A stretch of 62,272 bases of DNA, filler included, from Sphacelaria rigidula (Eukaryota): the NCBI GenBank assembly GCA_964200075.2. It is 11 parts of 11 records of this genome, joined end to end, with 100 filler letters (N's around TTAATTAATTAA, not from the genome) between each part and the next. Parts side by side here need not be neighbours in the genome. Positions count along the whole stretch, not along the records: positions 22,683 to 28,252 come from CAXNAA020026233.1; positions 28,353 to 33,922 come from CAXNAA020026234.1; positions 34,023 to 39,592 come from CAXNAA020026235.1; 8 more parts are not named here. The stretch is one strand, 5' to 3'. A program made the translations under genes and the position numbers. The notes under the pieces are model-generated. The model made no database searches and was not told the DNA's origin. It was given only the letters and a program-made list of their open reading frames with translations. This document shows positions 25,981 to 39,395 of this stretch, one piece after another; the first letter of the stretch is position 1, and every line of letters starts with the position of its first letter.

Positions 25981-26730
25981 GGAAAGCCAACAGTATTGCT
26001 ACACGATGTAGGTAAACGCGCGCTCTCCTTTTGCTGTCAAACTTATGTGCCGTAGAACTGCAGCAAGGCGTCCTTACCACAATACGGTCGTCTCATGGCG
26101 GCTCAGCTAGGATATGGCATACGAAGTAGAGACTCGCCCAATGACCATCAATGTACGACTCATGCGTGTGAGTTCACGTTTCTTGTCATTTCTGTGCTTT
26201 GTCTCCGTGTATTTAGTACAACGTACCTCATTATCATATTTTTATTTCAGCATGCGTTGTCTAATTCTATTTGCGCCATGATTATGTCGACAATTTCACA
26301 GAGTTCGAGAACCTAGGGGGACGGCTGCTGAAAAGCTCACAGAATTGTACAAATCTTGGCCCCAGAGAAAGTACGTTTCACGCACACTCTTTCGCAATCG
26401 TACCCTACCCGACGACCCGATGCCATGCTACCGTCTGACACGTTTCCTTTCGAGCTCTGGAATGGCCGTGAACATTACACACGTACCACCGCTGTCCCAA
26501 TAGCAGGAAGTTCCTTCCATATCCGCCCACCCCATCCGAAACACCTCATACCCGAAGTGTTTGCGTGCCACCTTAAAGGGGAACAAACTGGAACGCCACA
26601 CCCACATTCCACCTGACCCCTGAATTTGTCCCCGTGTTAGATTGCATTGCCGGTATCTGTCACCATGTTGGATTGTCCTGAACTCTAATTTGTTTGAGGT
26701 ACTGACGGGTGGGGAAAAGGGAAAGACTTC

Positions 26731-27160
26731 AAGGGGGGGGGGGCGTACTCATTTGTTTCGAGTATCCAAGCAATTCCCCTAGCTGCTGGAATCTACACTA
26801 TTCCCAACTCCTTCACCAAAATGCGTACTCATTTGTTTCGAGCATCCAAGCAATCCCCCTAGCTGCTGTCATCTGTGCTGTTCCAAACTCCTTCAGCAAC
26901 TTTACCCCTTGCTTTGCAATGTCTAATGCTAGTATCAGGTCATCGATGAAATCTCGAGTAGAGAGGGTGATAATGTACATCCTGGTGCGACTCCTTGCAA
27001 AATATCGAAATATTTCGATATTTCCCTGTCTAGCATCATCGCACTTTTGGCACATTTCTGCCGTCTTCATCGACCACACCTTTCCTTTGATCACAGCTCC
27101 TCACATATTTTCCCACAGCCCATTGCCCCGTACTGCGTCATGAGCCTTTTGCACCTGTAT
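26731..27160 (-). mobile_element. Internally deleted LINE derivative
   Basis: Minus strand with frameshifts: VQKAHD..GNGLW..IKGKVW..MLDREISKYFDILQGVAPGCTLSP..FIDDLI..AKQGV; jumps to TAQMTAA, then to the tail aaatgagtacgcccccc; the last ~45 bp is duplicated (26743-26788, 26823-26868). Confidence 0.75.
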
Positions 27161-28425
27161 CACCCCACAGTTTCTTCGACCCCGCCATCGCACTCGAAGC
27201 ACCCCGCTTCCCCACGTAGTGATGCCTTGAAGCTTTTGCCCATAGGTGCTACCTCCTGCGACTACGACACGAAGATGGAGACTGGAAAGAGCTATCTCGC
27301 GGGGAACTTGAGCGCCTCAAGCTGGAACGGAGGAACCAAAGAGAGACTGGAGCCAAGGACGTTTACAAATAGCTGTTGTGGGATGTGGTATATGATATTA
27401 TTGCGAGAGGAATGGGTGATGAAATAAGGGGATGAGTAACTATATATCGCTGCTACCGCACGCTTCAGTCATGAAGTTCGAGCGTTCTTGTCTTTTTCTT
27501 TTGTCGCTTTGTTATTGATTGCTCCCCATTTGGTAACATACGAGCACATGTGTGAACCAAGGCGCGTGGGCTCTAGTTACAGCAGAGGCGTTTGTAGTTA
27601 CAGAAGAGCACCCCTCAACAGCTGCACTCCTGTAACTATTGATCAGTTCGTGGAAAGGTTGTTTTTAGCGAGGTTCAAGCCCTGCAGAATCCAGTGTAAC
27701 TGATCCAGGGTATCGACGCGCGCTAAAGCTAACTAGCCGATCGTTCTCCAGTCTAACTAAGATCCCGGGAAAACGACAGCGACCGTACGTGTCTGCTGTT
27801 TCTGTCGTTGGAAAGGACGTTATAGATTTTCCTTTCCTAACGGATGGAGTTTTCCCCTGCTCATCAGGGTTGACATATTCATTATATCTGCAACGAGTTT
27901 TCCCCTGTACTGTAATTCAGCAGGTTTTTCTCGTTTTGCTTTCAGGCGTATCATGCACGGGCTTTGTTTTTGTTCTGGCCCTTCCAGCCCTCCAATAAAT
28001 TTGTGTTTAGCCATATAAACACAGCTAGGGGGATGTTACAGATTTATTGGTCATGTTCCAGTCGACTAGGATCCATGTGCCATACTTTGTCATGCTTGGT
28101 ATCTGGTGGGTCATACTGTGTTGTGTGGCAGAATCTGGCCGTTTCCCCCTGTGTGCCCTCACGTGTCACATCATTTTGGACTATGCACGCATCTCAACTA
28201 GCAAAGCACAAGTTAGCCTGTACGCCAATGATACAAGAGCATCTACGCCATCNNNNNNNNNNNNNNNNNNNNNNNNNNNNNNNNNNNNNNNNNNNNTTAA
28301 TTAATTAANNNNNNNNNNNNNNNNNNNNNNNNNNNNNNNNNNNNNNNNNNNNCCTGCAAACGATCCGGGGCATGCTGCTCACCCCGCTACGCCCACCACT
28401 AGATTTGCTCCCCCCCCCCCCCCCC

Positions 28426-28530
28426 CGAGCCTGGTCCGGCGAAAACTCGGCGTGCCCCGTCCCGGCTTTTTAGGGATGCGAGGTCAAAAGTCATATGACT
28501 AGGGAATGCACGATCATGAGTACACCCTTC
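28426..28530 (+). mobile_element. SINE-like repeat, 3' part (copy D), preceded by a poly-C run
   Basis: gagcctggtccggcgaaaactcggcgtgccccgtcccggc...gggatgcgaggtca...catgagtacaccc. Confidence 0.7.
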
Positions 28531-28683
28531 CCTCCGCGCGCGCGCCAAATTTGGGCTATCGAAAAATGTGGGGTGTGGTTTCCGAACTGAACGATATGCT
28601 ATCCATTGCGCTGTTATTTGTGTGTGTGTATTTTTTTTTGTTGCGTTGCGTTGTGACTTTGTGCCCCTGACAAAACGGGAAAG

Positions 28684-29232
28684 GTTGATAACCCCCGGTA
28701 ACGACGAGGGCGCGTGCGATGTTTTTCTGAAGGTGTTCACGGGGCCGCCGGGACCCACGCCGTCGTCTCTGCTGCAGAAAATCAAGGACACTAAGGTGGG
28801 TGGCTGCGCAAAAATCGCTTCTGCGAGATGCGTGTAGACAGAATCTGTCTCAGGCCGTGACGGTGGTGTGTTTCATATTCCTGTGTGTGTGTGTTAGAAA
28901 ACGGAATTGCGCGCGTCGTCGGTCTCTTCCTTTTATTCTGAAGAGGTAGAGCGGGGGGATAGAATGACCAGTACGAGGGGACGGAAACACGAACTACTTG
29001 GAAGCAACTAACTGAGTAATGTTTCGTGTGTTTAACGCGACTCCTGACGTTGCATGTTGGCCACCACGCCAGATCCTTGCCTTATGGGGAGAGGCGGACC
29101 CGTGGACGCCGCTGAACAAGGGCCTGCACTGCGGCATTTCTCTTCCCCAGCACTTGGACACGTTTGAGTTGGTTCCGATACCTGACACGGGACACTGTCC
29201 GCACGACGAGAGCCCCGACGAATGCCACCAAG
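28684..29232 (+). CDS. Two exons (28684-28795, 29073 to ~29232) of an alpha/beta hydrolase, pheophytinase-like subfamily
   Basis: LITPGNDEGACDVFLKVFTGPPGPTP...K|ILALWGEADPWTP...IPDTGHCPHDESP; WG.xDPW (catalytic Asp) and GHCPHDE (catalytic His) motifs. Confidence 0.85.
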
Positions 29233-29420
29233 GTGTGCGTGGTGTCTTGCCGTTGTTTTGCCCCTCCTGGTTGAGCGTGACACTGATTCTGGTCGGGTGG
29301 TTCGTCGGCTAGAATTGTCGGTTGGGTTGGCTTGTTTGACACTGCTTTTCCTCTATTGATCTCTGCTTGTCGTGATAAGTTTCAGTTTCGCTCCCTTGTG
29401 CTAGTTAGGGGGAAGGGCGT

Positions 29421-29445
29421 CCTTCTTCTTCTTCTTCTTCTTCTT

Positions 29446-29474
<29 letters not shown>
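29421..29474 (+). repeat. (CTT)n microsatellite
   Basis: Direct reading. Confidence 0.95.
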
Positions 29475-29476
<2 letters not shown>

Positions 29477-32400
29477 TCATTATTACCGCACATTGGGCGT
29501 TATGGTTTGCTTTTCATTGTGCTGTTTTTTCGGGGAGATACGAGTGAAGAAAGAGAACGCATCGCGCCGTTGCCCGCCAGTCGTTCGATCTCTTCTTTTT
29601 TTCTCTTTCGCGAAGCAGTAACAGCAGCAGCTGCACGCCCTCTTTCAAGGTCGTGAAATACCGCGTTCTTTCGCTGCAAATGTTTTCGTGTCTGGCGCTG
29701 TTTCGTTCGAACCCTGTCGGATTGAGAACGCCGTTCAAACACGTCCAGTCTTTTCCTCCAAGAGCTGTGGATTTCACATCACAATCGTTCCTGTAGCGGA
29801 TACGCCGTTGTTACTGTGCCACGGTACGTGAGTCAACGCTCGGTCAGTGTACACATCAGTGCTTACGCAAATACTTGTTTTTCAGTTTTATGGTCATTGT
29901 TCATCATCCCCTCCTGCCCCCCGTTCGACCGCCCTCTGCCGCTTTTGTGGTGTCCGTCCGATTGCGACGTCTGTTTTTGCCGTAAAAATCGATAACAGTG
30001 CTGCTGCCATGGCTCCAGACGCTACCCTAGCCCCCAAGAGTTGCAGCTGCTACTACCAGAGAGGGAGAAATCTAGTTTGCCCGCGTACTCGGTTTTGAAC
30101 TTGAAAGTGCTCGTGGGTGGTTGTCTTGGAGATTCAGTGCAGGCAGCCGTTTGTGCGGGCACTGTACATGTGACAAACAAGGTGCATGTGACACGAAAGT
30201 GCTTCCGCTTGGAGAGAGGCGTTGTCCGAGCGGCTGCAAAAGTCCGAACCGTGTCGAAAAAATACCGGCCAACGGTGTTGGGCGGTGTAGGTGTGGTGTG
30301 TGGGTGGAGAGCTCTCCACCCTGCAGCGTTTGTTTGTGGCACTCCGTACATCTTTTTCGGCGTCCCGATGTTTTTTTTCTCTAGAGGATGGTTGTCGGCT
30401 GAGCGGGATGAGAGGGTACGCGAAGTGCCGATTGTAGATACGCCCGCTGTACGAGCTTGGATCTGTAGAAAGGGGAGAGAAAGTGGGCACATGTTTCTTC
30501 TTGAAGTGGTCGACGATTTTAGACGTGAGGGTACGAAGCCGTGTCCACCTTTTGCGGTGGTTTTGGGAGTAGATATTTGGTTCGTGCAGAACACACCGTG
30601 GTTCGCTTTTGCTTCAGATCATTTTGATTGACTCAACGAATGAGCGCTTGTGCAGATCGAGAGGGCTAAGTGTACATGAAATAACTGAAAAAAGGGCGCA
30701 GGAAGGAGCGTAAGTAAACCGTGAATGTCCGTGGTTTTCGTTCCAAGTGTTTGTCCGCAGACAACAGTCCTGATAGTTCTTGAAGAACATATATGTGGGC
30801 GTGAATAAACGTGGGTGTTCAGCGGAAGTGCTGCACGATAGAAAACCAACAGGCGTGCAGCAGCAGTCTTTTGCCATGGCTGAGTGAGAACGGTGTACAG
30901 TTTTTGTGATACATCATCATGGTGTGTGTGCGCTGACTGACACCTTCGTACGTGAATGTCATGTGTGATACTGGCGCGGTGACCGCTGCTGCTTCGCTGT
31001 AGTGACAACGCCAATACACGTAGAGTATGGTGTTGACGACCCGTACGTGCTAGATCATCCCCCTGGAAAGCACTCCCAGGTGATGAAAAATTTGGCCATT
31101 TTCGGCATTGTAATGGGGTATGTAGTATACGACACCTTCACTCGGTACTAAATACCACCCCCGGGTGGTAACTTTCCGGGTGCAAAAATGCCATCACTCG
31201 GTGGTCGTGCACACCGCACTCTACGGCATGCTTCTGACCACGACTTCACCACGAACAATTGTGACGCGCGGTTTAGGGGTGGCAACGGCGTGTGATCTAT
31301 GCTGACGTTGTCTTACCACCAAAAACAACTGTTTCGAGACCTCCTTTACAGGATGAGGGTTAGAGAGGAACCGAAGCTCGTCTTTTCAGTGTCCAAGTAG
31401 CCTAGTATCGGTCTGGGCGTTCAAACGGGGAAATACAAGGAACTTTTCGTTTTGTTGACTTCTGAAAGTACGTAGGTGGCTGAGACTTCCACCATCTTTC
31501 CTTCCTCCCCCTTTCCACTCCCTTATGCTTCACCCTCCTTGCGGATCACTGGGCATCCACCATCCTCTTTACCATCGATCGTCTTCCAGGCATACGATAT
31601 TTCCATCGACATGGAGGAGCAGTACTCTCCGCTTCCGGATTGTTCTGACACTCTCCTCGCATGCTATCTTCTCGAAGGCCTTCGCGTGATGGATCACGTG
31701 TCTCGTACGCCGGCAGAATTGCGGGATGCACCCGAGTCGCTGACGTTCGTGCGCACCTTGCAGTGCATTGCTCCTGCTTGAATGTTCACTGAGGCTGGAG
31801 GAATCGCGTAGCAGGACTTGAAGCACCTCGGCATCTAGCATATAGGTTACGAGGATCAACGGCGCTGTTGATTGATCCTACTCTTCCTGGCGTACACGAT
31901 TATTGTGCCTACCTCTCCACGTATTACGCTACTTCCACCATTATAGAGCTCGGGCGTGATTTGGGCGTTCTTGCTCATGAAGGACCATAGCTATACCTTT
32001 CATCCTACTGTGGCAGTATCTATCACTATTTGGTGCAATGCGGGCATGCAGATGATTTCGGTCTTCTCCGCAGTCCGACAAGGTCGGACAACGACCATCA
32101 GGTTGGCAATAGAGAGCTTGTCGGAGATCTTGAAAATGAATCCGCGTCATCCGCGTGTAGTATAGCCGACCGAAGCTATTGATATCCCTTAAGCCTCTCT
32201 TCATCCCAAGCCTTCACTTCAGGATGAAGCTTTGTCACCATTTCCTCCGTCCGTTCATGTTGTATTCCTGATCCGCGTCACCTTCTCTCCCCTTCGCTCA
32301 GTAAGGGACAGATTCGAGAGTAAAGTGAAATGTTCCCTTCGCATCCCTCTTAGTCCTCCTTGTGATTTTCTCCTTCAGGTCCATAACTCGGGCCATATAT

Positions 32401-32711
32401 CCTCATGACATTCTCGCATTGTACTAAGACCTCCTCCGCCATGCCCAAAACGACGACGGAAGAAATGTTGAAGAGAAGCGGGGCGCCACCGGTGGGAAAA
32501 AGATCATGGATAATGACAAGCATATCACACATCCATAAATAATAACTATTTTAACAGCTCGCGCAACTTTAATTATTTTCGAGGGTCTCTCCTACGGTAT
32601 CACTGCCGAGCATTTTAAAAGACAAAGACACTACGTCCCTACAGCAACACATCCTAGAGGTCAGGCGGAGCTTGTCTGCTCTCCACCACGCATTCATCTT
32701 CCCAATCGTCG

Positions 32712-32915
32712 ATGATGATGATGGTGCTGCGAGCGCATGCCTTGGCGTGTCTGGTGTTGTTCGTCGTGTCGCTCGCCGGTACAGGAGCTTTCGTTTTCAC
32801 CCCCACGTTGCGCAACATGAGACCAGCAACAAGGGCAGCTTTCAACCATAAGGATAGCTCTGTGGGGGCACGGCGGAAAGTGTCGATGGTGAGCACAGTG
32901 GTGCCGGTGATAACT
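32712..32915 (+). CDS. First exon of a probable plastid-targeted protein (donor at 32888 or 32915)
   Basis: Hydrophobic signal peptide, cleavage TGA|FVF (ASAFAP-type), then an R/S/T-rich transit peptide; gtgagc and gtgagt donors follow. Confidence 0.65.
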
Positions 32916-34548
32916 GTGAGTTGAGGCTTGAGTAGTTAGTAAGGATTTTCATCGTACTATGTCTGTGGCTATGTGTTGCATGACCAGGATATAGAAATGG
33001 ATAACATGAGGATGCTGTTTCATGTTCGTTTTCGGCAGCGTTGGGGAATAACACCACCCTCTTGGTGCACTATTTTCCATCTCGATATACTCTAGGAAAA
33101 GCAACCTGCGCACCCCCCACAAATGGGCTTATCGTATCATTCCAACGATTTTTTCTGAGCGAAACAGCTCTTGCTGTTATAACCATTGCAGTTCCAGAAA
33201 ATGAGATTGAAAAAAGCGTCCGGGTGAAGGGGGGTGTTATATCCCGTCATTCGAGGCGTGATCGCCGTTTCTAGATCTAATGTCGCTACATCAAGCTGCG
33301 AGGCAGCGATATCAAGCATGCTGGGCCGCTGGTGTTCTGTGCTGGTTCTTATCTTGACGGATTACTTCCGTCATGTCTAGGCAAATCTGTGAGGGTAAGC
33401 GGGAGGTGCGCCGAATTGCCACGCGGCGACTAACAGAGCCCGATGGCGCGTTATGGGCGGCCCGCTTGTTGTAGTGTACTCGTATCTCCGGTCAGGGCAT
33501 GCGTTGACCACAACAGCAGCTCTTACCCTTCTGCTGGCGCGATTACAGCATTGGGATGCTTAAAGTGAACACAATACTCACCTCTTCCTGCCTAGCGGTG
33601 AAATCCATGAAGTCACAAAGCCTGACTTACATGGTGTACCCGTTTTTGTACCACCCTCCAATCGAGGGTACCGAAACTTAAAAAAATACGACATAGCCCC
33701 TGAAGTTGAAATTTGATGGTTTTTGCAGTTGCTTTCGAATTTTGTCGCATTATACACTCCCGCCCCTCCCCCCCCCCCGACGTGGGGGAGGGTATGGGGG
33801 GGTAGGGAAAACCTCATGAATCACCCGTTCAAAAACAGTGTGACTCCTCACATATCCGACCGTTGGCTCCCACCTGGAGATTGCACTGAGCGCAATCGCA
33901 CCAGCCTCACATCAACGCAAATNNNNNNNNNNNNNNNNNNNNNNNNNNNNNNNNNNNNNNNNNNNNTTAATTAATTAANNNNNNNNNNNNNNNNNNNNNN
34001 NNNNNNNNNNNNNNNNNNNNNNTTTGATGAGGGGGGTACCTACCACCCAAAATGGGGTACCCCCCCCCCCCCCCCCCCCGTCGCCCAGAATGAGGGTTTC
34101 GGGGAACTGGGGGGGGGGACACCGGTTTCCAGTCTGTAGGGCCCCCTGAATCAAGTACCCCTTCGTGCCTTCCGAACGCGTGTTTTCGATCGGAAGCATT
34201 TTTTTCTTTTCGTGCCAAATAGTTTTTCTCCGTGCCCCACTGATTAAAATTTTGAGTTGAAGCCATCTAGGAACATAAATGCGGTGGACATATCAGATCG
34301 GCAAAAAATATCGACCGCACTTTCTTGATCGAAAAAAGAAGTGACACGCCCCAAGACATACGCCGTCAGGTTGCTCGGGTAGTCCATCTGGGTCATGTTA
34401 TCTTTTTTTCAGTGAAAATGATGCCGATTCCACAGATAGATGAACATGGCATTGAGAAAGATTTTTGAACCACGCGTCAACTCGACACGTTTGTGCTGAA
34501 ATCGTCGCCGAATTGTCTTTCATGAGCAAAACAAAGCGTTTGTAAATA

Positions 34549-34997
34549 ACACGGGATGTTACAAATGAATATTGGTGATGGATCATTTATTATTGGGGAT
34601 GAGAACCCGGAGGATTAAAATCATCGTATTCACACGAAATCTTCGAAACATGGTGCTATTTCTTCACCTACTGATAGCTTTTGACAACTGCTACACGCTG
34701 TGCAAATTTGGATTTCGATCCCCGAAATGTTGGGATCCTAGGTGACAAACCAATTTTGGGGAATTCCGGGTGTCCGAACGGACGCCAAAATGGTTCCGAA
34801 ATTGGTTGTCACCTAAGACCCCAACATTTCGGTGATCGAAATCCAAATCTGTACAGCGTGTAGCAGTTGTCAACAGCTATAAGTAGGTGAAGAAATTGAA
34901 CAATATTCCGAAGATTTCGTGTGGATACGATGATTTTAATCCTCCGGGTTTCTCATCCCCAATAAATGATCCATCACCAATTTGTAAGATCCCGTGT
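34549..34997. mobile_element. ~450-bp foldback MITE flanked by TA (Tc1/mariner-like TSD)
   Basis: Arms of about 210 bp are reverse complements (acacgggat.ttacaaat...ttggtgatggatcattt / aaatgatccatcaccaatttgtaagatcccgtgt). Confidence 0.85.
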
Positions 34998-36740
34998 TAA
35001 ATGTCAGAATTCGCTGCATACCTCATCGGACCCCCACCGTCTGACTCGGAATTTGGCACGGTCACCCTGTTTCCGTGTTCTCGTGTGACTCACCAACATT
35101 GGTCGTTGTGGGCGCGAATGCGGGGGAAATAAGAAAAATAATGCTCCTGTGAAACGTCATCACTGTTGTTGTCGAGCATTTGCAAGGATATTTCAATCGT
35201 TTCTGCGGTAAATAACAATAGCTGGTTCGGGTCCCGAGAACACGCAAAACAAATGTAATGCAGCAGTAGCTATGGTGTACTACAAGACTTGACAAGTCGA
35301 GAAAAAAAGGGGCTACAAAATACACCCCGCCCCGTTCCCCTATGCCCCTCCTTCCCATTTTTGGTGGCAGAACACAGATTCCTCAACACTGGTAGTCTTC
35401 AGGCCAGGTACATACACAACAGATTCCAGATATATCACAAGCTCTGCTTTGCACGCCAGATGTATACGAAACTTCTCATGTCGTCAAATAAGTAATACCC
35501 CGAAGCGCCTATAATAGCCTCATCATGATAAATCGCTTGCCTGGATACAGGAATGTAATATCGGGCCCAGTCGAGATGCTGCTGATGATGTATCTGGGTA
35601 TCAATCAATCCCTGTCTGTATAGCCATCACTGTCCTTTGTTCACCGTTCATCATCCGTTCCTCCCCGAACACTTCTTTCCTGCTCGCGTGAACCCAGATG
35701 TACACAGCACTGAGTCGTCATTTGCACTTGTTGCTCGAGGCACAACCCGGTGGTGAATCGCAGACCCTAACTTTCAGGTCTGCCGGGTGTACCTGCCTGT
35801 GCCGGGTAAAGTCAAACCTGATTATAAGACTGCATGACAAAATTCCCGCCGTAGACTGAAATCCACGATGCTCATTTTACACACAGCCACACAGCCTGCA
35901 TTTCTGACGTCATCGTAGCAGAAGCATATGTGCGTGGAGTGCATGTCCAACCATAGAGGTTTGTAGTATGTGAAAAAGTCAAAGATCCAAAATATCACAC
36001 AATTTGTCTGTCGTGTTACTTGAAAAATCCAACGATTCGTCGACCGGAACAACACACCCTCTGCGCGACGGTATAATTCTGCAGTCTTGACGCCTTCTAC
36101 GCAGCTGTGATACTTTCTTATTCCCTTGCATACATACTATATACCGCAATGCAGCAGCAGTAGCAGCTCAAGCAGTACAAGTTAGAGCCGGTAATTTCCA
36201 CAATCTGCAGCTAGTTACTCTTTCTCGCTGCAACCAATCGTTGCTTCTACTTGCAGTTCATCACTTCATCATGCAGTATCGTCGAAGATTCGGATCATGC
36301 AATCCCAACCGGCACGACCCGTCTTAGGGGGGCACACGCCGGTTGTTGTCGCGTTTGATTGGCCAACCACTTCATGATATACACAAGCGGGCGGGTGCCT
36401 TGGAGCATTGCGCGCGTGCCCATTTTGTACCCCTCTGCTCACCAGTACAATCCTTCATACAACGCGCAAGCGACGTGCAACCGCACCCACCTCAAGCCAC
36501 ACCCTCACCGATCCATTGCACTCCACCACCATCAGGTGCCATATCGAGGTCCATCGAGAGCATCTGTGCAACATACCGATCAGATATCGAGGAAGATACA
36601 ACGACCAGATAGCCTATCCTCGTCCGCTCGTGTTGTGGATATCATATTCATTCGCAACAGTAGCATCCGGTCCAGTTTTGACCGCCTGAAGGATCCGAAG
36701 CAATAGGACATCGACGTGGTGGACGACGACAGCAATAAAT

Positions 36741-36958
36741 ATGCGTTCGACTGTTGCGTTCGCCGCTTTGGCAGCTTGGCGATTGAACACCCTCGTCGCC
36801 GCAGACCATGACCCGATTGCCGGCTACACCCCCGTGTCCGACGTGGTGGAGCACTCTGAGCTCGACCTTGACATGGCCGAGTTGGAGGAGGGCGCAGATT
36901 CAGAGACTGTAGCTGGGTTCGAGGAAGCGTGGCGGGCATACGCCGTTGGGGGCAACAG
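36741..36958 (+). CDS. First exon of a secreted Fea1-like (low-iron-inducible periplasmic protein) family member
   Basis: Signal peptide, then IAGYTPVSDVVEHSELDLDMAELEE...AGFEEAWRAYAVGGNS; recalled family motif IAGYxPxSxVxxHxxLDLD...YxxGGNS; donor ag|gtgaga. Confidence 0.65.
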
Positions 36959-39395
36959 GTGAGACCTTGCTTGCTCCGTTTATCGCCTTTGGCGCGGGTA
37001 TGCGTGGAGCAGATCAAATCGGTTGCCCTTATTTCTCGTGCTACTATATCTTCAAATAAATGTACTGAACAACACGCGTGTATTTTTGTTCATGATCCAT
37101 CACATCACATGGATACAACACCAATTTTCGTCGACGAGATGTTCGGTAGCAACAAGCCGCGATTATCTGAAGGCGTGTCTACGATCTCCAGTCAAAATAT
37201 CACGCTGGTATTGCCGTTCATACGTTGGTCAGCGTACACTGGCGGCGTACAACATTTTGACTGACTCCTCCTTCAGTGCGTAGACGAATGTTTTCATTTG
37301 CAGGGCCTCTCGTGGTCAGTTCTCCCTTGTCGTATCTTCGCGTACTTCCGAGACTAATGAATCACTATTTTCCGTTCATGTACGCACTCGTATGTACATC
37401 CTGACACGTGGATACTTCGGTATCATATGAAGTTAGCGCCATCTCGTTGCACATGTTTGACCCCCCACAGTGTAGTCGTCGCTTTCACTCGTTGAAGTGA
37501 AGTTGATGCCGATAGACAGACGAGGATCCACTCTGGCTATCAAAGCGTCAACTTCAAGCACTCCCGTTCACCCTACACCTCGGGAATTAGTTTCCCCGAT
37601 GGTCACCATTCTGCTGATCTTGACATGTAAACCATTGTGGTGAGACAATGTGCCACGCTGGAAACATTCACGATACTCGAGCTATGTCTGGCGCCCTGAA
37701 AGCTGGAAGTTACTGCTGTAGAACTATTTGAAGTGGGCGTGATAGGTCAAGTACGCAACACAAATTGCGTGACCGGCGCTACCTGCCGTGACGATCAATT
37801 ATACAATGATCAAATATCGAAGCCATTATACAATGATCAAATATCGAAGCCATCCCAACATGAAATGTCGAGATGAAGTTGACCCTTGGTACGGGAAGCG
37901 TTATCTAAATACTATTGCTGTTCCTTTTTTGACCGCAAACAAAATTAACCGTACGAGACGGCCATACCACGTCGATAGTACCACATCCCGTCCGCCCTGT
38001 GAAGTTGAAAACCCTGGTGCCATCCTAGTGCTGTACAAGCTGGTTCACGCTCTTGCCCCAAGAAACGCACGGTAAAACCTCACGCCGTTTCAACCCGTCT
38101 CAACAGTTGATGAAGAAATTACGATTTACAACAACGTGTTTTCGGGCAAGACATGTACCAGGAACGTACAATCTGTCCCCTGCAAGGACTGTGAGCGTTC
38201 CTTGTGAGAACAACACAAGACGGGGGGAAGGTCGCCCATGTCATCGCACAGAACAGTACTGGCATCATCCATCAGGAATCGTACTCGAGGCTTCGCTTCC
38301 GTAACAACAGAATTTGAATGCTATTATAACACCATTAACTTGACGTTGATGGCGTGACGGGAAACGAAATAGTAAGCAACAGTTCTAAAATAGTAGCTGA
38401 ACCTGCATCTGTTCTTACGATTCGCGTCGGCAGTACTTTCGTTTTTGTTCTTCCCAGGATCATGTCTTGCCACCAATATTTGTCTCTTTGACCACGTCCC
38501 TGTGTTCTAGGACTAAACCTCATGAAGAGTTGCTATGAAAAGGTGGCAAGTCAGGAAGGACGTGAAAATCTCATGGTTCATGTGTAATCGTTCCTACAGT
38601 TTTGAGATGGTGAGTTACAGGATGGAGGTTCATATTTTGCCGGGCGTTTGTTTTGGCCTGTGTACAGCGCAACACGTGTTTCGCCGTTCACACTCGAAAC
38701 TCGATATTTGATGTATGCGTCAAAATGTTGAGTGAACTCCCTGGTTCATGTAATGGTATATTTGGATAATCTACCCGAGGTGTGTCTCTCATACCTTTCT
38801 TCCGTCGAAACTCGGTACGGTGGCGCTTCTGTTTGCCAGCCTCCCTTTGGCGGAATAGCTTTCGATTTTCCCATATCCTGGTAAGACTCGGAATATATAT
38901 CCTGCTTCAACCGCGATGTGAACAACTTCGGTTGTCAGTGTCTTCGAAGACCCCGAGATGTAACCGAGACGATACACACACAAAACTCCTCCGGGCATTT
39001 CACAGCATGCACAATCGTGTGCTCACTCATCCCCGTGAAGAAAATCACAAGGTGTTGGGAGGGGAGCCCGACCTCCTCACTGAGAAAATGAATACTTCAG
39101 TTGAGGGGAGTAAATTCTGTGTTGTCCGAGCATCAGAGGAACTGATTTCGATTCCGATTGTTTTCTCCTGTCGAGACGCACCCTCTCATGTGCCCAATCA
39201 ACGACATGAAGTAAATACGCCTGTCAAATCCGGGAATAATTTCAAAACCTTACACGCCCCCCCCCCCCTGCTTGATATCGTTTGCTCGGTTCCCCGCCAC
39301 TTGCCTTAAACCGCGTACATGATCCTCTGGCTTGATTACCTGGTCTGTGATGCGTTCCGACCGAATCTCTTTGATATCATGTACCTCTCTCTTGC

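Noticed and set aside
31476..32210. Possible decayed retroelement gag region on the minus strand
   Set aside because: It has multiple stops and no diagnostic motif that I can support.
37797..37851. 27-bp tandem duplication (similar ~72-bp duplication at 11946-12085)
   Set aside because: These are ordinary local duplications with no sign of function.
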